Assembly: GCA_013812955.1 (NCBI GenBank)
Contig: JACCSO010000450.1
Coordinates: 1-56,782 of the forward strand
Direction of reading: 5' to 3'
Source of the DNA: Nannocystis sp.
GTDB taxonomy: Bacteria; Myxococcota_A; Polyangia; Nannocystales; Nannocystaceae
DNA: 56,782 nt
Below the pieces are notes generated by a model. The model did not search any database. It was not told the origin of the DNA and saw only the letters and a program-made list of their open reading frames with translations. The position numbers were made by a program, and so were the translations under genes. This document shows positions 46,803 to 54,921 of the stretch, piece after piece; within the stretch, counting starts at the first letter, position 1, and each line of letters starts with the position of its first letter.

Positions 46803-48497
46803 TTATGGGCTGATTTGTACGAGCCGAGTTTGCGGTGAGCCTCCAGCGGTGACGTAGCCACCGATGAAGACCCGGTCGAACGGGTCGCGCGCGGCGCCGA
46901 GTGCCTCCGAGGACTCCTTACTCACCGGAAACCAGTGCGCCCACAGGGGCTCCTGCTCGATCTTCCCGATCGTGTGGGCGAGCGCCCGGCCGCGGAGCAC
47001 ACCGCCCTCCTTGCTCGCCCCGACGACGATGGCCCGGCCCTGCGAGTCGACCACAACGTCGCTACCATACGCGCCCTCGGCCGACATCTCGGGCTGATGC
47101 CAGGTGCGCACGCCCGCGAGCGTGTAGCGCGAGGTCTCGATGCGTTGCAGGCCGCCGCAAGCGACCTGGCATCCGGCGCCGGTGACCACGATCCCGTCCG
47201 AGTCCAGCCCCAGGCCAAGAAACATGCTGTGCTTCCACGATCCGGCCGCTGGCGCGATGATCACGGGCCCGACCACATCTCCGGTGCGGATGGCGATGGG
47301 CACGATCAGCCCACGCGTGAATGGGTCGATTCCGTTTTCCCCGTCGTGTAAACCCACACTCAGACCGGCCACCCAGGCGATATCGCCGTCGATGACGACG
47401 TCCATGGCGGCGTCCGCGAAGCTGTTCGGGAGCGCGTCCGCAGGCTGATGGTCCCAGGTGTCGGCGATCGTGCCCTGGTGGGTCGCGCTGACCCCCTGGA
47501 AGACGACATCGAGGTCGCCGCCGTCGACGACGGCGTAGCCCACGGCGAAGCACCCGCCCTTCGCGTCGGCCGCGATGCCGCGCAGGGTCTGGCCGAGCTC
47601 GCCGGGGCGGTCGACGCCGGTCAGGCTGCCGTCCGGGGCCAGCAGGAGGATGTGCGGGCGCCACTTCTGGCTGGCCTCCTTCACGTTCATCGCCACCCAG
47701 ATCCCACCGTCCGGGGCGAGAGCCACGTCGGCGACGTGGCCCTCAAGCTCGCTCAGGAGGACCTTCTTGGGCCACAGGTCGCTGCCGTCGAAGCCGGAGC
47801 GCTTGTGGACGCTCGGGCGCGGGACGCCGGCGCCGATGCGCAGGCCCGCCTCGATCACGTCGCCCTCGGGCGTGAGCGCGATGCGGTTGGTGCGACTGCC
47901 GGGCGGGCCGGGCATCGCCCAGGCAGCCTTCCCGGCCTCGGGCACCTTGACCTCGAAGCTCGCCCCCTTGCTGTCCTCGTACTCGCCGAGCGTGGCGATC
48001 ACCTCGACATGGCGGGTGCCATTGTTGATGGCGCCCTTCACGGCGAGCTCGCCCACGAACTTCTCGTCGCCAGCGGCCACGAGCTCGCCCACGTCGACGC
48101 CGTCCAGCTTCACGCGCACCGACGCGGCGTTGGTCAGCACCGTGATCGGCACCGGGCCGGCCGCGTTGACCTCGGCAGGCAGCTCGATCGCCACGACCTC
48201 CGGCAGGATGGTCTCGTGATTGCCGGTCTCGCTCGCGGCTCCGCTCTCGCCCGTGCTCAGGGTGTCGGTGCCGCCCGTGTTGTCGGCGCCGCCCGTGGCC
48301 TGGGGGCCGTTCTCGGTCGTGTCGCCGGTGACCGTATGGATCTCGGTCGTCGTCGGCGGCGCATCGCCGGTCGTCGAGATAGACATCGGCGTAGTACACC
48401 CGTCGTCGCAGCCCTCGAGGACAGGCCAGTCGGCGGCGCACGCCGCCATAAACACGGTGGGCGCGAGCAGGACGATGGACCGGGTCGTAATCGGCAT
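46803..48497 (-). CDS. Lipoprotein with Thr-rich linker, Ig-like domain and beta-propeller-like repeats
   Basis: GAGGAG RBS, lipobox MAAC, repeated (I/V)AxxxxGx(V/I)x(V/A)xG blades. Confidence 0.7.
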   Translation of the reverse strand: MPITTRSIVLLAPTVFMAACAADWPVLEGCDDGCTTPMSISTTGDAPPTTTEIHTVTGDTTENGPQATGGADNTGGTDTLSTGESGAASETGNHETILPEVVAIELPAEVNAAGPVPITVLTNAASVRVKLDGVDVGELVAAGDEKFVGELAVKGAINNGTRHVEVIATLGEYEDSKGASFEVKVPEAGKAAWAMPGPPGSRTNRIALTPEGDVIEAGLRIGAGVPRPSVHKRSGFDGSDLWPKKVLLSELEGHVADVALAPDGGIWVAMNVKEASQKWRPHILLLAPDGSLTGVDRPGELGQTLRGIAADAKGGCFAVGYAVVDGGDLDVVFQGVSATHQGTIADTWDHQPADALPNSFADAAMDVVIDGDIAWVAGLSVGLHDGENGIDPFTRGLIVPIAIRTGDVVGPVIIAPAAGSWKHSMFLGLGLDSDGIVVTGAGCQVACGGLQRIETSRYTLAGVRTWHQPEMSAEGAYGSDVVVDSQGRAIVVGASKEGGVLRGRALAHTIGKIEQEPLWAHWFPVSKESSEALGAARDPFDRVFIGGYVTAGGSPQTRLVQISP

Positions 48498-48515
48498 GGC
48501 GGCTCCTCGAGTGGG

Positions 48516-49484
48516 TCAGAAACGCGCGTGAATTTCAAGGCCCCCGGGGCGCGGGCCGAGGGCCAGCCGGCGGGCGATGCGGGCGAGGCGTCGGCCGCCG
48601 ACCACGGCCAGGGTCGTGCCGACGAGGATCGCGGCGCCACCCGCCAGGGATGTCCCGAGGGCCAGGTGGCCCATCGTTCGGTACCGGTCGCGGAAGGCGA
48701 GGTCCTGGGCGGTCTGCTCGGCGGTCGCGTGGCCCTGCGCCTCGGCGAGGAGCTCGAGGCTCGCGCGGCGGGCCTCGATGCGCTGGCTCCCAGCGTACCC
48801 GGCGATGCCGACCAGTGAGAGCCCGAGGCCCAGGGACACGCTGCCCGCGATGACGAGGCGCCGGTCAGCGCGTGCCGGGTTGTTAGGGGTGGGGGCTGCG
48901 GGCCCCGGAGCGTCGCGCATGGCGGCAGATGGACCTGCCTGGCGCATGCCCTGCGGGTCGGTCGAGGGCGACGCGACGGCGAGGGCTCTGGGAGCGGTCG
49001 ACACCGGCATCAGCGTGTCCCGCTGCTCGGGCGATGACGGGGTCGGCGGGAGGGCCTCGGGCGTCGCCGGTGGCGAAGCGTCGGCCGGTGGGGTGGCGCG
49101 GGCAAGGGCCGGTGCTTTCGGAGCCTTGCCCGAGCCGGCGGCGCAGCGTGGGCGGCGGGCTTGCTCGCGCTTCTCGAGCGCCTCCTGGAGCGGCGCGAGG
49201 CGCTTCGTCGCGGCCTCGGCACCGAGCGCGGCGAGGGTTTGCTCGAAGGTCCGACGCGCCGCACAGAGGTCGCGGACCTCGCCGGAGGTGTCGTACGAGG
49301 CGAGGAATGAGCCGTGGGCGGCCTCGAGGTACTTGGCCCGCACCGCGCTCGAGGCGGCCGTCGCGGCGCGCTGCACGAAGCGCTCGGCCTTGCAGCGGTT
49401 GTCGGTCAGCGGGCACTCCGACGGGCTGGCGGGCGCGGCCTCCAGCGCCAGCAGGGCGGCCAGGGAGCAGGCGATCGGGCTCAC
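48516..49484 (-). CDS. Secreted helical protein with Pro-rich linker and Gly-rich hydrophobic C-terminus (322 aa)
   Basis: GTG 49484 overlaps the kinase TGA, with GGAG upstream. Signal peptide; ends GGLEIHARF. The ORF-track extension to 50888 is out of frame inside the kinase. Confidence 0.7.
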   Translation of the reverse strand: MSPIACSLAALLALEAAPASPSECPLTDNRCKAERFVQRAATAASSAVRAKYLEAAHGSFLASYDTSGEVRDLCAARRTFEQTLAALGAEAATKRLAPLQEALEKREQARRPRCAAGSGKAPKAPALARATPPADASPPATPEALPPTPSSPEQRDTLMPVSTAPRALAVASPSTDPQGMRQAGPSAAMRDAPGPAAPTPNNPARADRRLVIAGSVSLGLGLSLVGIAGYAGSQRIEARRASLELLAEAQGHATAEQTAQDLAFRDRYRTMGHLALGTSLAGGAAILVGTTLAVVGGRRLARIARRLALGPRPGGLEIHARF

Positions 49485-52045
49485 AGGATGTACTCCTCGG
49501 TGATGGTTTGGACGGGTGCGGGCGCGAAGCGAACCGGGGCGAGGGCCTCGTCGACGCAGCGAAGGACCGTCGCGGGCTCCTCGCCGACCACGCGGGTCGC
49601 GGCGAAGCGCTCGCGGTGCTCGGCTGTCTTGAACTCGACGATGAGCACGCCCCCGGCCAGTCGCGCGCACTCGAGAAGCGGGCCCGAGACTTGTTGGAGC
49701 GCGTCGCGCATCGCCGGCAAAGGTACACCCGCTCCGGTGTTCGGCGTGGCGGCCGGAGTTGCTTGTGCTGCAGAGGTCGGGTCCGGCCTGTGCGTCGCCT
49801 CGAGCGCCTGGCTGGCCCAGGTCGGGGCCATCGCCTCGGTCGCGGGCTGCCGCTCCGCGTGGCGGGTCGACCAGATCAGCAGCATCGCGGCGAAGAGCAG
49901 CAACACCGCAGCCGCGGCGGCTCGGGCTTGCCGTGGTGGGCGCGCGGCGGGGACGGCCGGCAGGGCCGCGGAGGGTACGGCCGGCTCGACGACGGCGGGG
50001 ACCGCCGGCACAAAGTCCGGCTCCACGGTCGTCGCCCGCTCGAGGATGTCGCGCGGGTGGAATGGAATGACCTTCGCGGGTCCATCCTGCGGCGCCACGC
50101 TGGACGGGCCGGGACCCGCGTGGGCGGGATCGGAAGTCGCCGCCATGAACCTCGTCCAGCCCCTCGTGGTCCCCGTGAGCGGCTCCGACGCGACCGGTGG
50201 TCCAGACGCCGGCGGGCCTGAAGAAACCGGCAGCGCAGGCACGGGCGGGTCCTCGGCCAGCACATCCTCGAGGCGCGCCACGAGCTGGGCCGCGGTCGGG
50301 CGCTCGTGCGGGTCCGGGTTCAGGGCGCTCAGGATCGCGAACGCGAGGTCCTCGGGGCACGCCCGCGTGTGCACCCGGGGTGACACCGGCGCGTCCTGGC
50401 CCTTGCTCGTCGGCATCTTGCCGGTGAGCAGGCGAAACAGCAGCAGGCCCAGCGAGTACACGTCGCTCTTGTCGGTGAAACCATGACCGGCGCGGGCCTC
50501 GGGCGCCGCCCACCCCAGCGTCTCGATGCCGCCGTCCGGGATCACCACACGGGACTCGGGCGGCGTCATGTAGCGGCGTACCGGGGCGCCGTGGAAAAAA
50601 TGCTCGGTGAACGCGGCGCAGCCGAAGTCCAGCAGCGTGACCCTCGGCGTGCGCTGCAGGTCGATCAGCACATTGTTCGCATTGACGTCGCGGTGCAGGA
50701 TGCCCCGCGCGTGCACGAGGGCGAGGACGCCGGCGAGTTGCAGGCCGACCTGCGCGACCTCGACGGGGCTCAGCCGGCTCGTGTCGGTCCGCCGACAGAA
50801 CTTCGCGGCTGGCATGCCCGGGGCGAGGGCCATCGCAATGTACGGGGTCTCGCCGACCTGCGCGTAATCGTAGTAGCGCGGAATGCACGGGTGATCGAGC
50901 AGGGCGAGCAGCTGCGCCTCGCGCCGGAAGCGATGGGCGTCATCGGGGTGCGCCGAGCGGAGCAACTTGAGCGCCATGTCATGACCGCTGCCCCGGTGAT
51001 GGGCATGGTACGTCTCGCCTTTGGCCCCGGTTCCGGCGACGGCCAGCAGCTCATAGCGGCCGTCGAACAGCGACGATGGTGAATGCTCGGGATGGGCGGC
51101 CCGAACGGCCGCCAGCGCCCGGCCGAGCTCGGCGGCGGTCTGGGTGCGATCGCCGGGCTCGAGCGCCAGCGCGGCGGCGAGGACGACGGCCAGATCGGCG
51201 GGCGCGTCGCAGGCCGGGTGGACCTCACCCAGCGGACGGATCGGGTCGATCTCGGGCAGCACGCCGGTGCACAGCTCGTAGAGGGTGACCCCGAGGCTGT
51301 ACACGTCAAAGCGCTCGTCCGGCGCAGCCAGGCCCGCCTCCATCGGCATGTACGCGGGCGTACCGACCGCCATGCCAGCCTCGGTATGCCGACGCGGCGG
51401 CTCGGGCGTCGCATCCACATGCGGCCGCTCGTCCCAGTCGCTCGTGAGGCGCGCGACCCCGAAGTCGATGAGCTTGACGACGAGCCCGCCGCCGTCTTCG
51501 GTGGTGCGCATGAGGTTCCCGGGCTTCACGTCGCGGTGGATCACGCCCCGGCTGTGCAGGGCGGTCAGGGCGGCTGCGGCCTGGATCCCGATCTCGATGA
51601 CCTCGCGCCACGGGAGCGGACCACCCGCGTCGAGGCGCGTGCGCAGGCTCTGCCCCTTGACCAGCTCAAGCACCACGTAGGGCTGCCCCTCCGCGCTGAC
51701 GCCACGAGCGATCGCCCGCACGACGTTCGGGTGATGGAGATTGGCCAGCACCTCGGCCTCGAGGGCGAAGCGACGCTGCCAGTCCGGGTCCAGCCCGCGC
51801 AGGATCTTGACCGCCACCGCCGTGCGCATCAGCCGGTCCCACGCCCGCCACACCACCGCGTGGCCACCCTCGCCGAGCGGCTCGCGCAGGACGAAGCGAT
51901 CGCCGAGAACGACCGAGCCCCGATCCGCCCGGGTCGACGCGAGCCCGTCGGTGGTGGCCGGCAAAGCTCCGCGGGCGTCCTCTGCCCCGGACCCGGGCGA
52001 ACGGGTCCGGGAGGCGTCGATCGGGGTGCTCGGCGTGTGCGTCAT
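49481..52045 (-). CDS. Transmembrane Ser/Thr kinase with two tandem kinase domains
   Basis: Domain 1: GEGGHAVV, VAVK, HRDVKPGN, DFG. Domain 2: GTGAKG, MALK, HRDVNANN, DFG, APE. Followed by a TM and a small C-terminal domain. Confidence 0.9.
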   Translation of the reverse strand: MTHTPSTPIDASRTRSPGSGAEDARGALPATTDGLASTRADRGSVVLGDRFVLREPLGEGGHAVVWRAWDRLMRTAVAVKILRGLDPDWQRRFALEAEVLANLHHPNVVRAIARGVSAEGQPYVVLELVKGQSLRTRLDAGGPLPWREVIEIGIQAAAALTALHSRGVIHRDVKPGNLMRTTEDGGGLVVKLIDFGVARLTSDWDERPHVDATPEPPRRHTEAGMAVGTPAYMPMEAGLAAPDERFDVYSLGVTLYELCTGVLPEIDPIRPLGEVHPACDAPADLAVVLAAALALEPGDRTQTAAELGRALAAVRAAHPEHSPSSLFDGRYELLAVAGTGAKGETYHAHHRGSGHDMALKLLRSAHPDDAHRFRREAQLLALLDHPCIPRYYDYAQVGETPYIAMALAPGMPAAKFCRRTDTSRLSPVEVAQVGLQLAGVLALVHARGILHRDVNANNVLIDLQRTPRVTLLDFGCAAFTEHFFHGAPVRRYMTPPESRVVIPDGGIETLGWAAPEARAGHGFTDKSDVYSLGLLLFRLLTGKMPTSKGQDAPVSPRVHTRACPEDLAFAILSALNPDPHERPTAAQLVARLEDVLAEDPPVPALPVSSGPPASGPPVASEPLTGTTRGWTRFMAATSDPAHAGPGPSSVAPQDGPAKVIPFHPRDILERATTVEPDFVPAVPAVVEPAVPSAALPAVPAARPPRQARAAAAAVLLLFAAMLLIWSTRHAERQPATEAMAPTWASQALEATHRPDPTSAAQATPAATPNTGAGVPLPAMRDALQQVSGPLLECARLAGGVLIVEFKTAEHRERFAATRVVGEEPATVLRCVDEALAPVRFAPAPVQTITEEYIL

Positions 52046-52172
52046 GGCAGACCAAACCTTAAGGACGAAGCGCGACCGAAATACAAGAGGGGGGACTCGA
52101 CTTCGGGACCGAACGCCGTTGCCGACGCACGCCGTGGGCCTTGATGTGCCGACCGACGCGGGCGGGGCCTGG

Positions 52173-52418
52173 TCACGAGTTCCTGGCCCGCCGCGAGCAG
52201 GCGGAGCGTCGGCGCGGGGGCGGGTCGATCACGCCGAGCGCGGATCGCGAGCTCAGGGAGAGAATGTCACCCGAGTCGAACGCGACCCGGACGATGCCGT
52301 GCGGCTCGGCGATCACCATCACGGCGCGGCTGCGGATCGTCCGGTCGCCCAGGGCGACGATGATGGTCGCGGGGCCAGCCCGGAGCTGGGACGCAGGGAT
52401 GATGCGGTGGGCGATCAC
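52173..52418 (-). CDS. 81-aa hypothetical protein
   Basis: AGGGAGG RBS; GTG overlaps the upstream TGA; beta-strand-like pattern. Confidence 0.5.
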   Translation of the reverse strand: MIAHRIIPASQLRAGPATIIVALGDRTIRSRAVMVIAEPHGIVRVAFDSGDILSLSSRSALGVIDPPPRRRSACSRRARNS

Positions 52419-52552
52419 GCGATCGCCTCCCTGCGAGTCAGGACGACGCCGAGGCCTCCACGCAGGACCTCGAAGAGCTGGCCGTCATGGGCGACGGGGA
52501 ACGTGGCCGCGTCGCCGGCGGCATAAAAGCCCGGCACCATTGGATCCGACAT
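52415..52552 (-). CDS. 45-aa hypothetical protein (below the ORF-track cutoff)
   Basis: GAGGAGG RBS before ATG 52552. MSDPMVPGFYAAGDAATFPVAHDGQLFEVLRGGLGVVLTRREAIA; its stop overlaps the next GTG. Confidence 0.45.
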   Translation of the reverse strand: MSDPMVPGFYAAGDAATFPVAHDGQLFEVLRGGLGVVLTRREAIA

Positions 52553-52974
52553 GACACGCCTCCTCGCGCGCAGCCCCATGCTGCGTCGCTGCTACAGGGA
52601 TCATCGTGCATGCAACGAACAGGTGCGGCAAGGCAGCGCGGGGAGTGCTCGCAGGCCGTCGATCGATCGCTTGTAAGGAAGAGGATCGCGGGCGATGCGG
52701 GGTCCGAGAAGAAAGACGACGCCGACGCGGAGGTGATCTCCAGCGGCCTCGTGTGCTCGCCATGACGCTGGCACCGACACCCACGACGGCCTCGTCGGCG
52801 ACCTCGTGTGAACCATCAAAGCGCAAGGCATTGCCGTGAAGGATGGGCCTGGCGGCTCGGGCGGGAGCCGCGGTCGAGCGCCGAAAGCGTGGCGGCGGCG
52901 CCTCTGGGCACAAGCGCCCGTCCCCCACCCGAGCACTGGCCGAGGAGCCCGCTCGGGGGCCATGCTCGACGCCC

Positions 52975-54921
52975 GTGCGCCCGACCCACCGATCGAAACT
53001 CCTGGTGCCCGGGGGCAACCTCGACGACCTCGCGCTCCTCCACTGCGAGTGGACGCTGGGGCTCGATCGATTCGCCGCGCTCCGCGAATCCCGACTCGCC
53101 CTGGGGGTCCCCGACGACGCGCGCCCGGCCGAGCTGCTCGGCGAGCACGGCGATCGCTGGCTCTTCCGCTTCGCGCTGCCGACCGCCCACGGGATGCGCA
53201 CGAGCGCGGTCCGGGTCTCGGCCACGGGCGACGGGGTGCTGGTCGAGCACCTGGTGGTCGAGGAAGTGCAGCGCGGATACTCGGAACCCTCCGCGGACTC
53301 GCCCGAGACCACGCGCGTGATCCTCGAGATGCCGGGCGTGAGACCGGTGATGCTGCGTGGTGTGGCCCCGGTCGCGCTCGGCGAGCGCGAGGTCCCGGCG
53401 CTCATCGCCGATGCCCTCGATCCCCGCCGCGAGGCGCCGATCGTCCTGGTCTCGGTCGACAACTCGACCCGCGAGCCGCTGGTGAGCCCGCAGGAGCTGG
53501 CGCGGCGGCTGGCTGGCATGGCCCGGATCGTCTGGCTCTCCACCGTCAGCGCGTCGCGGCGCCTCAAGGACGAACTCGTGGCCCGCGGCTTCTCCGAGAA
53601 GTTCGGCTGCTTTCACGGCGGGGTGCGGATCCTCTGGCCGGGGATCCACCAGGGCGACGACCCCTACGATCACCTGTTGATCTTGCCGGTGCGCCTCTAC
53701 ACGATCCCCGAGCGCGTGCGGGCCGAGCGGATCGCGGGGTACTTCTGCGAGATGATCGCCGAGGATGAGGACCTGCGGGGGTGGCTCCGGGAGGTCGAGG
53801 CGCCGCAGCGACCCGAGCCCTTGCGCCGGCAACCGCCGCCGCCGGCCCATGGATGGTCGCCGTCGTCGTCGACAGCGGCGACGATCCGTCCGCGAAGTGA
53901 CCTCCGCGATGCGCCCCTGCGGCCCGAGCCGCCTGCGGCCCCTCGCAAATCGGGGTCGATCGCCCCGCGCGTACAGGTTGAGCCGATCGATCAGGCACCG
54001 AGTCGCTCGGCATCAAGCGAGCCACCATCATCACCCGTGGTCGCAGCGCCGAACATGAGCCCGCCGCGCTCGCCGTCGACGGAGGACCGTGCGAGCGGAG
54101 GCATCCCGCAAGCAACTGCGCCATCCAGCGCCATCCGCCCCGTCGCCGATCCTCCACCCGCGCAGGCTTCAGCGCCGAGCACACCGCCGCCCCCTCCGGT
54201 GACCCCGACCGCGCCGATGGGCGCGGACGCCACCAGCGTAATCACCGCGGCGCCCCCGGAAGGCGAGGCAAGCGGCGAGCCGGAAAAGCCTGACCTCGCA
54301 GAGCAGGCCCCTCGTCGTCGCAAGGAGACCACGTGGTCGCGCCTCGCCAGCGACGTGGTCGCCGCCGCCGAGCTCGCCGAGGAGCTCGAGGACGACATTG
54401 AGGCGCTCCGCCGCGAGCTCATCGACTCGCGCAAGGCCCAGCGCCGGGCCGAGCAGGAGCGCGACGAGGCCGTCGAGGCGCGCTTCACGGCCCGCACCGC
54501 GCTCGAGGCGCTCGCGCTCGCCGAGGCGTGCTTCCCCGATCGCCTGGTCGTCCTGCCCAGCGCTCACGCGTCGGCCGACAGCTCGCCTTCTCGCGACCCG
54601 GCGCGGATCTTCGAGTCGCTCTCACTCCTCGCGTTCTTCGGCCGCCACGACGGTGACTTCGAGGCCATCCTCGAAAAAGTGATGGGGGTTCAAGCGCGCT
54701 GGCGGCCGAGGGACAGCACCGAGACCACCGCACGGTTCGGCGCCCAGCGGACCTGGACCGGCCGCGACGGCAAGCGCAAGCTGTTCCGTCGTCACATCAC
54801 CATCGGCCACGGCGTCGACGCACAGCGCTGCGCCCAGATCTATTACGACATCGCCAGCGACGGCCTGGTCGAGATCGCGTGGGTCGGCGAACACCGGCCG
54901 ACCATCAGCGAGGACACTTGA
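52975..54921 (+). CDS. Hypothetical protein: globular domain, Pro/Ser linker, coiled coil, C-terminal RelE-like candidate domain (648 aa)
   Basis: DPRREAPIVLVS, LAGMARI, GGVRILWP; heptad stretch; RHITIGHGVD..RCAQIYY...IAWVGEH. Start uncertain (52843 or 52975). Confidence 0.6.
   Translation: MRPTHRSKLLVPGGNLDDLALLHCEWTLGLDRFAALRESRLALGVPDDARPAELLGEHGDRWLFRFALPTAHGMRTSAVRVSATGDGVLVEHLVVEEVQRGYSEPSADSPETTRVILEMPGVRPVMLRGVAPVALGEREVPALIADALDPRREAPIVLVSVDNSTREPLVSPQELARRLAGMARIVWLSTVSASRRLKDELVARGFSEKFGCFHGGVRILWPGIHQGDDPYDHLLILPVRLYTIPERVRAERIAGYFCEMIAEDEDLRGWLREVEAPQRPEPLRRQPPPPAHGWSPSSSTAATIRPRSDLRDAPLRPEPPAAPRKSGSIAPRVQVEPIDQAPSRSASSEPPSSPVVAAPNMSPPRSPSTEDRASGGIPQATAPSSAIRPVADPPPAQASAPSTPPPPPVTPTAPMGADATSVITAAPPEGEASGEPEKPDLAEQAPRRRKETTWSRLASDVVAAAELAEELEDDIEALRRELIDSRKAQRRAEQERDEAVEARFTARTALEALALAEACFPDRLVVLPSAHASADSSPSRDPARIFESLSLLAFFGRHDGDFEAILEKVMGVQARWRPRDSTETTARFGAQRTWTGRDGKRKLFRRHITIGHGVDAQRCAQIYYDIASDGLVEIAWVGEHRPTISEDT

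Noticed and set aside
49485-50888. 790-aa version of the ORF ending at 48516
   Set aside because: The upstream part is out of frame inside the double kinase; the GTGA-coupled start at 49484 gives a signal peptide.
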